The translations under genes and the position numbers were made by a program. Shown here piece after piece: positions 50,810 to 63,500 of a stretch of 64,000 bases of DNA. Origin of the DNA: Takakia lepidozioides. Taxonomy: Eukaryota; Plantae; Bryophyta. The stretch covers positions 21,390,001-21,454,000 of the forward strand of contig CM060733.1 of NCBI GenBank assembly GCA_030704615.1, read 5' to 3'. Under the pieces are notes generated by a model, which did no database searches, was not told the origin of the DNA, and saw only the letters and a program-made list of their open reading frames with translations. Numbering within the stretch: the first letter of the stretch is position 1; every line of letters begins with the position of its first letter.

Positions 50810-52266
50810 CTGCCCCCCTCGCCAATCTCGACTTCCTTGAGAGGCTACAGAAGCAATCCAATCCTTTGGATCTGTACAGGAAACTTGTAGTCTTTAACCC
50901 CTAATGTACTTCGCGCATCCCTTTTCACAAACAGCCACCATTACTTTCTGAATCCACTTCCGATTGAAGAGCCGCCATCAGGAAGATTGTAGCCCAGACT
51001 GAGAGCTTTCCAGCGCCACCTGCCCGAGCTGCATTGACAAAGTGTTTGTGTTCCATGGAGCATGTTGAGAGCATGTTGGTTTTTTTCTTTTTCTTTTAAT
51101 AGAAAGGGGAGGAAGCCCTTTAAATCATATTAATAAAGGAGTCCTGTAAGAAATAACCAGGACAGGAGGCCATAAGGCTTACATCTTTGAGGGATTGGGT
51201 AACACCCTAACCATCCACCAAGGGCAAGCTTTTAAACAACCTAGTTTTGGGAACTAGAACCTGGAGCCTTGAGGAGAACAGGAAGCTATGCTCCAGGATT
51301 TACAAGCTAAGAAGGACAGGGAGGTCCAGGGACCAAGATCTGTCAAGCATAAAAATTGGGAATAACAACTCGACCATTTAACCACTCTTTATCTGTTGCC
51401 ACTTTGTAATTTACCGCACGGGAATGATAAGCCACTTACAAGGAGTTAATCCAATGGAACTCTCATGGTGCCATCAAATCCCCCTGGAATGGAGTGGTTG
51501 CAGGAAGTCTTTAATATTCCATGTGGAATCTTAAATGAATTTAATAAATCTAATACTTGGATGTGGACCTAAGCGATGATTCGTAGTGGTGCACTACCAC
51601 TTCAAGTACAATGTATAACTACAGAAGTGGTATGAGTCACTGACGTGACTTTAATCACTTAAACAATCAATATTTCTTTTGTACATTAAAACTACCAATA
51701 TATGTTGGAAAAATCCATAAATTTTTAGCACGACGGGTCTAAGTGGGTATTGTGAGCCATTACAACCACAAACTCTAAGAACTTTAACCCCTAAAGGACT
51801 AGCCCGTTTTTGGTGGGCCCATTCCAAAACGGAACTCATGTTCATCCAGGGGGATGAAGGGGGATGAACCGTATGAAAGTAATCCTACCTACTTCAGGAA
51901 CCTACTGTAAAATTTTCAGTTGATTTCACCGTGTCATTACGAAGATTATAACAAAAATTCAAGCGTAAATTTTTACTCTGCTGTAGTTTTGGAGAGAAAA
52001 ATGGTTTGACCAAGCAATTGGCCTGGCAAAATGAATTTTCATTGAACAACATACCCAAATTCTAATTGTCTGGCATATAGAGCATCTTGGGCCAAAATTC
52101 TAGAACCAAAGTCCAAAACTACATGAGGATTGCTTTGTATGGGAAAACTAATAGGTCAAAAAGACTATCCATTACAATTGACCCCAAATGTGCAGGGAGA
52201 GTGTTGATGATACCAGTATCCTCGGCATGAGAGGATTTAAGCATTTGTAGGATAGAGGGCAGAGGC

Positions 52267-52994
52267 TATCGCGCACCTCACTTCGGTAAGCTCCCCTTCA
52301 GGTCATAGTTGCTAGCTTGATGCGCGCGCCTAACTCCCAACCTGGCCGCCGGACCAACTTGGAGCTTCAGCTGCTCACCGGGGCATAACGGTCCCCCTTT
52401 GAACTCCCAAAGAACCCTCCACCGATTTGGAACCAGCGGGAATTCCCTTTGGTAGTTGGCAGTCCGGAACAGCTCCCCACTCTTTGGTCGCTTTCCGGCT
52501 CGCTCGCTTACTCACTAGTTTTTGGTCACCAACGGGCTTGCACCGTTCTCGGGGTTACTACTCCCTATATATACTTCTGTAGCTGTCCGTGGGGGTTTCA
52601 CAACCAACCATGCCATTTTATGGCGAACCACCACGAAAACCCTCGACTCCCGGTGATGAGTCGCGGTGAGTCTTGGCCCACTCACCACGGCCCCTATGGA
52701 CCGTGATGAGTCCCAAGACTCCCCACGACTCCCACCACGAGGTCTCCGCCCCCATGGTGAGTCCTATGCCACCCCCACTAAGTCCCGCTAAGCTACCACC
52801 ACCCCTTGTGGAGCCACCCCCACCGCAACCCGGTGTGCGGGGCTCCACCTAGTGAGCGCCTCCGCCTCCTTGAGTGCCTTGGGCACTCAAGGGTGCTTCA
52901 GCCCCCCATACCTATCGCTGCCGCTGCCCCCCCACCACAGGGGCAACCCCTCATGTGTCCCAACCCCCTGCCCTCAAGGCAAAGGGCCGCGACA
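52267..52994 (-). repeat. 3' LTR (728 bp)
   Basis: Near-identical to 56056-56781; begins TA instead of TG on the plus strand. Confidence 0.95.
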
Positions 52995-53900
52995 CACACC
53001 CCTACCAATAGGGAGTCGAAGTCCTCATCGACTTGTCCATTTTGTAGAAACGAACATCCAAGTTGTGGCGTCCCACATCAAGGAGTTTGTTTCCGTACCT
53101 TGGCGTCCCATGGCAAAGAACCAAACCCCACACTTGACTCTATTCTCCACTAGCTAGTTCGGCCGACTTCCTCCAAGTCCCGGCCAGGGGTGGAGCCTCT
53201 CAAGCTCCTCCCAGTGCACTCTTCTTGGCCTTCTTCAAGGTCAAGGAACGATCCTCCCCGAGGATCAAATCGCCTTACTGCAACAACATTGCTTGCGATC
53301 GCTCCTGATGCCGCTTTTGGCATCACTTTGCGCAAGGGTTCACCTCGAACCCCCTTTGACTAGGAAGATAACCTTGAACCAACCGTGCGCCCCAATCACT
53401 ACAATTGGGTCCGTCTTGGAATGCTGGCCTGAGGTACGGGAACACGTCGAAGCCGCACTACGACTTCGTCCCGAGGCTACACGATTATAGTACGTGAACG
53501 GAAGCACATAGCTTTCGCGTTAGCCCGCACTACAAGGCAACCACCTCGGTAGCGCAGTTATAGTACGCACACGCGCCAGGTGCGCACTAGCACGTGAACT
53601 CCCAAAGAAGGCGCATGTTTCCTTGCCCCTTGGATGGGAGTCACCCGATTTTGGCACTGCGCAAACACACGATTAACCCAATTTACCTCTCCCACTTTTG
53701 TAAGGTAGCATGCATTCTACACACTAGCCAACCACACCATGCATCACCATTCCAAACAAAATAGGACACACAACATTTGGAACCCATTTCCTTTATAATA
53801 AATTTTTGTACAATACAAGTTTTTGCAATCGGATTCCTGAGCTAGCTAAGCCGGCCTAAGCATGCATTTCCTCCCCCACGCTCCAAGGTTGATGTCCCCA

Positions 53901-55660
53901 TCAACGCTTCTTCCGCTTTTGAGGTCGCCCTTCGAAAACTGCAACCGCCTCGGATGCGTTTCTCATTTTTGAGGCACGCACCCAAGATGCCTCCACATGA
54001 TGATAGCCCTTCCATTTGACGAGATACTCCGTTTCTTGGTTCTTGAACCTCCTCGACTTAAGTACTGCCTCCACCTCGTACTCAGGTTCATTTTCATGAT
54101 CCAACAGCACAGGTGGCGGACGCAACACTTGATGCCGATTCGGACGCGCTTCATCTTTGAAGTAAGGCTTCAAAAGGGAGACGTGAAATACTGGATGCAC
54201 CTTGCTGTCTGCCGGCAGCTCCAATTCATACACATCCTCATTCATAACCTTCCGGATGCGAAAGGGTCCCGCATACGGAGGTACGAATTTTGGACTCACT
54301 TCCGGAGGTAGTCGGAAATTCTTGATGTTCAACCAGACCTCCGTGCCTGCCTCAAACTTCACTTCCCTCCGTTTCCAATTCGCCTGCCTTTCATACCGTT
54401 TCCTCGCTTTGGCAATGTTGTACTTTGCGAGCTTCAACAAACGCTCGTGTTCTTCCAGTACCGCCGCTACTGCCGGTTCCTCAACGTCATGGGCGGCCCA
54501 ACTTGTCGGCACCAGAGGTGCTTTTCCATAGACCAATACGAAAGGGGAAACTCCCGTTGCGGAGTGTTCTGTGTTATTATAACAGAACTCTACCGCATCT
54601 AAGTGTTCCACCCAGTCTGATTGGTCTGCCGACACGTAATTCCGCAAGATCTGCTTCACTACGGAATTCACTCTTTCCGTTTGGCCGTCGGTCGTAGGTC
54701 GGAAGGCGGTGCTCATTTTCAGCCTCGTCCCCATCTTCTTCCAAAGTGTCCTCCAAAATTTACTCGTAAACTTTGGATCGCGGTCCGAGACAATATCCTT
54801 CGGGACTCCATGATGTTTTAAGACGTGGGCGAAGTAAAGTCACCCTGTCTCTTGCGCCGTTGCCATCTCCTTGGTGGGGATGAAATGGCCCATTTTACTG
54901 AACCTATCCACCACCACCATGATTGCATCGAATCCTTTTGACAGCGGCATAGCAGTCATAAAATCCATCGAGACGCTTTCCCAAGTCCCCTCTGGAATCG
55001 GCAAGGGTTGTAACAGCCCCGCTTGCTTTTTGTACTCGCTCCGGTTTTGTTGGCATGTGGTGCATGTCTTGACATACTCCTCTGCCTCCTCCCTCAGTTT
55101 GGGCCAGAAATACTCTTTCTTCAAGAGTGCGGCAGTGCGCTTGGCTCCGCCGTGGCCCGCAAGCGGGCTATCATGGCATTCTCTCAAGAGACTATCTCTG
55201 ATCCCTCCCTTCGGCACGTAGAGACGCTTTTGCTTATACCTGAGCAGTCCATTTTGCAAGTGGAATTGCGATTTAACCCCCCTCCGAGTCCTGCATCACG
55301 GACTTCGCCAGCTCATCCTTCTGGCAAGCCTTCCGGATCTTCCTTTGGAGCGCCGTCTTGCTTTTGTACACCAATAGGAGCTGCTGCTTTCTACTTAAAG
55401 CATCAGCCACCACATTGTCACGTCCCGGTTTGTATTGGATATCCACGTCAAACACTGCCAAAGTATCTTGCCACCTAAGTTGTTTTGGGGACAACTTGGG
55501 TTGCGTGGCAAAATACTTCACTGTAACATTGTCCGTGAACACCTTCACTGGGTTGGAACCAACATAGTGCCAAGACAGTGCACCACCGCCTTCATCTCTT
55601 TCTCGTGCGTCGGCCACCGTCGCTCCACTTCGTTCAGTTTCTTACTTTCGTAAGCCACTG
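53901..55660 (-). pseudogene. RNase H C-terminus, integrase (HHCC, DDE, GPF) and chromodomain
   Basis: PVAYESKKL..HEKEMKAVV, HDSPLAGH..CTTC, SVSMDF, VSDRD, TDGQTERVN, GPF, YEVEAVL..YLVKWKGY..ASW; one in-frame TGA (54840-54842) and frameshifts. Confidence 0.93.
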
Positions 55661-56055
55661 GATCAAAGGTGTCGGGTTCCTTAGGCTTCACCTTAAATTT
55701 TGCCTTAGTGGAAGTGGCATTAGCCGCCTTCAACACGTCTTTCAACATCCCACCAAATTGCGCCAACAACCCTTCCCAAAAGGCTGCCGGCATGGGAGGC
55801 ATCTGTTGGTCGGTCGGAGCTCTCAGGGATTCCTCGGGCTCCGACTCCTCAGATTCGTCCCGCTCTTGAGCGGCCTCGTTTTCGGAGACATGCATCGCTT
55901 CCTCAAACGGCCGCCTCGGTGACACGTCGCCCCCATCGGGCTCACCATGATCATCATCTTTTGGGCCGTTCCGCTTTCGCTTTGGCTTGCCCGACCCCAT
56001 GATGAGGCCAATCCCAAGGACAATCACGTACTGAACTCTAAGCTCTGATACCAAG

Positions 56056-56880
56056 TGTCACGCACCTCACTTCGGTAAGCTCCCCTTCAGGTCATAGTTG
56101 CTAGCTTGATGCGCGCGCCTAACTCCCAACCTGGCCGCCGGACCAACTTGGAGCTTTGGCTGCTCACCGGGGCATAATGGTCCCCCTTTGAACTCCCAAA
56201 GAACCCTCCACCGATTTGGAACCAGCGGGAATTCCCTTTGGTAGTTGGCAGTCCGGAACAGCTCCCCACTCTTTGGTCGCTTTCCGGCTCGCTCGCTTAC
56301 TCACTAGTTTTTGGTCACCAACGGGCTTGCACCGTTCTCAGGGTTACTACTCCCTATATATACTTCTGTAGCTGTCCGCGGGGGTTTCACAACCAACCAT
56401 GCCATTTTATGGCGAACCACCACGAAAACCCTCGACTCCCGGTGATGAGTCGCGGTGAGTCTTGGCCCACTCACCACGGCCCCTATGGACCGTGATGAGT
56501 CCCAAGACTCCCCACGACTCCCACCACGAGGTCTCCGCCCCCATGGTGAGTCCTATGCCACCCCCACTAAGTCCCGCTAAGCTACCACCACCCCTTGTGG
56601 AGCCACCCCCACCGCAACCCGGTGTGCGGGGTTCCACCTAGTGAGCGCCTCCGCCTCCTTGAGTGCCTTGGGCACTCAAGGGTGCTTCAGCCCCCCATAC
56701 CTATCGTTGCCGCTGCCCCCACCATAGGGGCAGCCCCTCATGTGTCCCGACACCCTGCCCTCAAGGCAAAGGGCCGCGACAGCTTCAGCCCCCCCATACC
56801 TATCGCTGTCGCTGCCCCCACCACAGGGGCAGCCCCTCATGCGTCCCGACCCCCTGCCCTCAAGGCAAAGGGCCGCGACA
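56056..56880 (-). repeat. 5' LTR (825 bp) with a 99-bp terminal tandem duplication
   Basis: TG...CA ends; GCTTCAGCCCCCC...GGCCGCGACA is present twice (56683-56781, 56782-56880). Confidence 0.93.
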
Positions 56881-58914
56881 GAGGCGGTACGAAAAGCGGG
56901 AAGTAGATCCTACGGACTGTGGGGAAAAAGAAGACAGGGGAGGTCACATTCAAGGGTACACGAGGCGGATGGGTGGCAGAATAGGGTATGGAGGTGGTTA
57001 AGGAATTTGCAGGTTTTGGCAGTGGCTCTGGAGTGTTTAAGGATGAATTCTACGGGGGTCAAGAGGCGGTTGCCGGTGGCGGTGGTGAGCTGGGTGAGGG
57101 TCGTGATGTGTCGTCCTTTGAAATATTTGATAATAAGTAGCTTTTGGCGGGGAAACTTGAGTTCGAATTGGGAGAGGAAATGGCTAGTATGTCAGGCCTG
57201 TTCGAGGGGAGTATTGTAATGGCGAATATTGTATAGCAATGAAATACCGCAACAACAGGAGGACGCTGCATCGGAATAATGGCAGAACGGACGACTTCGA
57301 AGCGAAGCGTGGTCAAGCCGACAGTGCAAATGATAGTTGGAGGTGACTTCCGAGCTTTTATGATCAAGTGGCAGACTCCAGGGGCATCACCATTAGAATG
57401 TTTTCCAGGGAAGCAGCAAACTTCATATACGACAGATCCACGAAGAACGGCGTTTGGAAAGGATTTTCAACTCCGATAGACCTGAAGATTTACAGGCACT
57501 TACAGAGCGCCTAATCATAATTTATCAGCAAGTTTTATGATTTATGGTTAAGGTTAGCAGCGGCACCGAATTACAAGGCCAAGGCCCTTCCGACGACCGA
57601 TTTAAATTATTTTCTATGGATTTCATTAGAGAAAAATGCTCAAATTCGCCTTAGGGGTTGTTTGGGATGATGACCGCCACCTAGTGGTCAAACATGATGA
57701 GGAAGAACCTTTGACCGATTTCCCGGATGAGTTCCATCCAAATATTTGTTTATTGCACTTTAGTAAAAATAATTATTATATCTCCCTCTAATTTATATTA
57801 GTTTAAGACTATCCTACAATAATTTAAGAGCCCCAAAAAAAGTATAAAAGAAGGGCAAGGCTTCCTTGTTTCTTCACCTAGTTCATTTGCTTGCTTTGCT
57901 CTTGCTTTGTGTAGTCTAGTTTGCTAGAGGGAGCCTAGGTCCTAGAGAGTGGAGCTTGAAGCTCTCTAGTTTTAGGAATGTGCTTTTTGTAGACCTAAGG
58001 CAAGGTGTCTAGCTCATTGTAGGCCTTGAGGCCATTTGGTTTGATAAAGGAGAAGTTTGTGAGCATCAAATAGTGAAGATTGACTTGGAGACGAGTAGGA
58101 GAGCTGGAGGTGGACTACCATTGACGAGTACCAAGGTTGACCACAAGGAGTGCCACACTACCAAGCTATTAGAGCATGGCAAGCTTTCATTTGCTTTAGG
58201 TGACTTACCACTTCCCTAGTTATTTTATGCTTGTTGCATTTCCTACCAAGCTAGGAGCTTGAGTAGACAAGGGATTATTACTATCAGTTTCAAGAAAAAA
58301 CTAATCTCTTCATGAAGAAATGAAGTTTTGGGTCAAGTTCATTTGTTTTGTGAAGCTCAAGTGAAGGGGAAAGGGAATGTCCCAAGGGAGGTCCTCAAAA
58401 GGGTTAGATGATTCTTAACTAACCCCATGGTAGCCACTATTTGGTAATTATTTGTTCAAGATTATGCCTAACTAGAGCCAAGAAGAGCTCTAAAGGGGCT
58501 GACCAACATCTAGTGTGATTAAAAGGTTGAAGGCCAAGGGCCAAGCTAAGCCCCAAGGATCAACCAAGGCAAGGGACCTTGGTGGGGGAGGGTTTTGTTT
58601 GTCGGTGTTGTTGGGTTCCCTCCTCTTCTTTGTCATGGTCGTCTTCGTCATCTTCATCGTCTTCATCGTCTGCTATCTCATTTCATTTTAGGAGTAATTG
58701 CTCATCCCCGCCGTCGCCAAGGTTATGATTGTCTATTGCAAACATTTTAAAATTCGTTGGCACTTTGCTTCTACAAAATTTTGTTTTCGTGGGTAGGTTG
58801 ATGTCCAACACTCAAATGTTGCGTGCCTGTGAGGTATCAGTGAATGATGGTGTCAGTGAACGTCCACTGTACGTTCAAGGTTCGAGAAATCACGAATGCA
58901 TGGCGAAGATACTT

Positions 58915-59915
58915 ACATGAAGAACGTAAGTCAACATGACGCCTCCAAAAATGTTAAACAAGACATCCCGTCACGACAAAACAGGGAAACCAGGTAATCA
59001 TATGTGTCGCCGCGGAGCTCATGGGTGTAAGTCCTGCAATCCTTCTCCAGGTCTGAGAACTCAATGTCTGGGCCTTCAAGAATAGGTAGTATTGCGTCAA
59101 TCAAGAGTACTATCGCAATATGCTCGTCCGGATTCGCCATCTCCTCAGGTGTTGCCAGAAAGACGTAATCGAAGTAGAGGACAGGCCGAGAGAATGTCTT
59201 TGTGCAGTTCTTGAATGGATTTTCAAACTCACCAGGAATACAATAGCCCTGCCAGACCAGATATCGTTTTGATCCCTGACCATTCCAGATGTACAATATA
59301 TACGAGATTGGCGGACGAGGGCTGCGTTGACAGAAAGATGAAAACAATGGATGGGAGCTTTTGTCCCGAAAACGCTTCCAGGATGTTTGCGTAATCCTTG
59401 GCCTTGAACAAAACAGAGTCATCGTCACATATGGTTTGCAAACTTGTTCTTGTTGAAATTTATTTATTTTTTGACTTGCAGCCACTCTACCTTTGTGTAC
59501 TGCTGCGGGCATTGCTTGCTCCTCCGAGGCCACCCTAAAACTTCCATAACATCATCGATAAGGAACATGCGCATTTTCATCTGGTCAATGTAATCGTTCA
59601 TGTAGACCTTGGATTTGTCTTCACCCTTGTAGCGACCCTGTACACTCAAATCCCAATCCAAGATCTTTTGAGCTACCTTTTTCAATTGCCTTCTGTTAAG
59701 TCCTTGCAGTTTCGTGATAGCGGTTTTCGTGAGTTATTGCTGCTCACCCTTGAATTGAATCCCAAAATTGTCGATAAGTTTTCATTGCTCCCATTGATTG
59801 AAAACCTCTTCCAAAATCTTCCAGACTTCTTCTTCACAGAGAACCAGAACCATGGTCTCCTTGATGCTGGTCATTTCCAGAATCAATTGACATGCTTGTA
59901 TAAATTCCTACGAAT
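58915..59915 (-). pseudogene. Degenerate TE-associated ORF of unknown function downstream of the MULE-like gene
   Basis: Overlapping ORFs 59464-59685 and 58931-59533 joined by frameshifts; GT donor at ~58915. Confidence 0.4.
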
Positions 59916-60028
59916 ACATCCACGGCAAAATTTAGATGTATCATCTCACATTAGACCAAAGTTTGAAAGCATGAAAGCTATCAAAAAATATTGTAAGGGA
60001 AACCATTGAATCGCCTATTGAGATAGAT

Positions 60029-60108
60029 GACTCCAGCCGCAGCCGGCGTAATTAAGAGCCACTTCGCCTTGCGGCTACTGCCCCCTTTCAGAGGTGGGCC
60101 CTATAAAA
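60029..60108 (-). other. Conserved structured ~80-nt motif, copy B
   Basis: Minus strand TTTATAGGGCCCACCTCTGAAAGGGGGCAGTAGCCGCAAGGCGAAGTGGCTCTTAATTACGCCGGCTGCGGCTGGAGTC, homologous to 19461-19542. Confidence 0.8.
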
Positions 60109-60519
60109 GGTGGAAGGTGCCTGGAGGCCAGCGTAGCTACGGCATGAGCCCAGCCCCGTGAGCCTGGGAGCTGAGCTCACGTTGTAGCTGCAAAGCGTGA
60201 GCGGCACAAATCTGCTGGAGAAGCAGGTCCTATAGGCGAGGATTGCAAGAAGAGGGCCTATTACCGTGGACAAAACAAAGGGGGCCACCATGCACCATGT
60301 CTGCAATGCCTGCACAAAAAGAGGAATATGAAAATATGGCAGAATTGAGCTCAGAATGATTGACACACTTTATTTCAATTCACAGATAGACGCTTACAAT
60401 GAATGGCATGTGCATTTGCCCTGGTTCCGTGAACGAAATGTATGTGTTTGTCCTAAATGCAAAGTCTTCACACGGTAACCTTGAAACCAGCATGGGAAGC
60501 GGGCATGGTTCGTATGTGT

Positions 60520-63500
60520 TCAAAGAGAATTTGGCGGAGCCCTACGTGAGGTGTCCCGCTGCAGAAGGGTGATGACTTCTCCGTAGCCTAGTGTGGCTTG
60601 GTGAATGAATTGGTCTCTCTTACCGTCGCAACACATAATTACAAGGTATATGTAATATTGATGCTTGCAGGGGACCCACTTCCCTCTCATGCCGAGAGCG
60701 CCCTCACGCATCGTTACAAAATCCGGACAAGTGCAAGTAGGAAAATTCCCCACGGTAACCTGATATTCTTTGCCATGAAGAACTGAGCCAATAGACAGCA
60801 CTGTGTAAATCCGTCCATACCCGGGGCAGGGACTTCGGTGATACGAGCCTGCAAAATTCTAGCCGATTCCATCTTGCATTCGTGATCTGCACCCGAAGCG
60901 ACACGGCGCACTGTTTTTCCATCTCTTTTTGTTGGGTGGGAGTCGGCACCGGGTGGAGGCATTGTCGCAGCTTGTGGCACATCTGTGCCGACAGTGCACA
61001 AGGGCACCACTCGGGATCGTGCAAGACAAAACCCTCCCTCCTCCAGCATGCTTATCTCGGTTGTTGACAGCGACGTCCCAAGTTTCACAGGCCAAATTGC
61101 GGGGGGAGGAGGTTTCATTATCACCGAAGGACGAACTGTTCCCTTGACGCATCGTGCCATATCGTCTGGGTAGAACCAGAACTTGTGGTCCTTTGACTCC
61201 CCACTATGATAAGGTCGGAACAACCCTGTGAATGTTGGAGCTGGAGTCCCCCTGGAGCCTTTGCATATTTTTTGATTTGCATTTCTTGAAAGAGGGGGTC
61301 CGAATTGCCATGCAAGCAACTCTAGATCCTGGTGGGGTGCGTTCTATATGCCACTCACTATCAATGCAATCAGATTCCTGCACCATGGCCACCACCTCCT
61401 CCAATGGGATTCCTGCTGCTGTGCTTGCATGTTCTGCACCTGCTCCACAAGAGGAGGACCCACCTGGGAAGGGGCCGGCACACGACTTAGTCTGCACTGG
61501 AGACACCTTTGGCATAGAGAAATTGACCCTGTATGGGCGATGGGAATCTCCATCTGAACCTGGAAGAGTGTTCAATTTCCTTTTGCATGATCCAAATCTT
61601 TCCTCGCCTTCCAAATGAGGGAGCCTGGATTGCAAAGGGGAGCCTTCAGTGCACCTATTCAGAGCTCTGGCCATCTTGGATGGGTCTCCGGACCTACTCG
61701 CAGCCCTTAGCATCAACAAAGTCGTACCGGGGCCCTTGCCTCCACCCCGTCCCATCAGAAAATTGCGGAACCTGGTTTGTTGTGTGAGTGCCCGCACCAT
61801 GTCATCAGCAGTGGCCACATACAAGTCACGACCTGCTTTGGTAGATTGCTGCATCCAGGCGTTATGAACAGTCTCTGCCAAATTACAGGATGGCATGTCG
61901 GTCAAGTCCTCCAAGGACATGTCCTGCATGAGGCATTGCATGGAAATGTGAGGAGGGAAAGGAAATGGAAGAGGTTCTGCAAGCGACAATCCAAGAACCC
62001 CAAATGAAGAGGCACGATGCAAAATTTCTGATTTTGGGATTCAAGAGGCTTACCGTCGTCATGAAAGCTCCCCACTGTCTGTATCTGAAGTGCCAGAAAA
62101 CCAACCAGTCCTCCAACTCCTTCAAGTGGATACCAGTAGCAGCACCAGAGGAGAACCACCAAGCCCAGATTGCTTGGTAAGTGCTCTCAGCTTCTCCCAT
62201 TGAGTTGGCATTTTTGTACTTGAGACAAAGCCTTCTGTGTTCCAACTGAAGGTCAGGGCGAATGCACCGCTTTGTATGACGTGCTAGAGATTGACTCCAA
62301 TGGAAGAGGCATGTGCGCTCCCTATTTTCCATTGGGACCTTAGGATCCCCCGAACCAAACACGCGCCGCACTGCATTGAAATTTGCCTGTGCACTATCAG
62401 CCATGAAGCCCGCAAAATTTGTGTTCTGTATTCCATTGCGCTACATGACGGCCAAGAGCGATTTCCACATGAGCATCTGGGATTCAGTGTCCTCCGACTG
62501 CATATCACAAATTGCTATTGAGAGCACACGCTGGTACGTTGGATCATACACATGGCACGCCATGGTTGTCCAACCCTTCACCCGTTTGCAGTGATCAAAC
62601 ATCAACCAACATTTAGCCAAATCTCCTCCAGGTTGCATTCGGCGGACAATGCTCACACCACTGCCTTCGCCCACTGCGGACATCTTGAACAAATACACCT
62701 TGGATGAGCCCTGGCCAGGGAAGATACTGTTTTGAATGAATTCATAGCGACTTCTCCGTTTGAGGTCCATAATGTTGTCCATGAATCCAGCAACGCCTGT
62801 GCCGACTCTGAGTGCATTCACCTGGTTTTGAATATTGGGAGAGCTCAACATGGAGAAATGGTCCATCATTGCATCAAGCGAATCTGCATCCAGCATTGGT
62901 TGTGTCGAATCCCCTTCACCCAATATGTGTTTTTCCAGGAAAGCCTTGCTAGCTGCAAGCGCTATAGCAGAAGGTGTTGCACAAGGGGCATTGTGGAACT
63001 TCTGCTTCAGCAGATTTCTAGCGATGTCCACGCTATCCCTGCAACTTCCTTTGGACACATGATGCTCGTGTGCACCCATATGAATGCAGGCACAAGTCAT
63101 TGTCTTGCATCGGTGTGCCACCTGGTACATACGAGCGTGGCACACAGAAACACAGGACGGGGAAAGTTTGCAGAACCTGCACACAAAAGTATTGGTCTTG
63201 GGAGGGGCACGTCATGGGGTGAAAGGATTCAAGGGCACACCTTCCCACTCACTTTCGTTTGGTTGAGCGCTATTTCTCAGGCGAGGGCAAGATATATTCA
63301 GGCACTTGCAATGCCCAACGCAAACCGACCTTTGAAATTTCAATCCAATGTCGTTGTGGATGTTTGACGTTTTTGTCCTGCACCAAGGGTGTCCGTCATG
63401 TTTCTTGTCCATGCCCTACAGAAGCCCAACCAGTCCATTGGAAGACGTGGGAGGGTTGAGCTCAAACAAGATGTCCCCATCAAACTCTGCTGGCACGTAT

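Larger units (their letters stand above)
52267..56880 (-). mobile_element. Chromovirus (Ty3/gypsy) LTR retrotransposon, internally deleted and non-autonomous
   Basis: LTRs 52267-52994 and 56056-56880; GAGGC TSD at 52262-52266 and 56881-56885; PBS TGGTATCAGAGC (tRNA-iMet; rc at 56042-56053); purine-rich tract next to the 3' LTR; integrase and chromodomain on the minus strand. Confidence 0.95.

Noticed and set aside
51079-51530. Poly-T-headed segment, and 56886-57480, as further LINE remnants
   Set aside because: Plausible, but I could not confirm a diagnostic motif or TSD.
52449-53490. Short ORFs within the LTR and 3' UTR of the chromovirus
   Set aside because: GC-rich LTR/UTR artefacts, partly duplicated in both LTRs, with no domain.
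62732-63367. 211-aa plus-strand ORF and other long antisense ORFs (1652-2182, 54202-54531, 61232-61618)
   Set aside because: Shadows of real coding sequence on the opposite strand, with no domain motifs.
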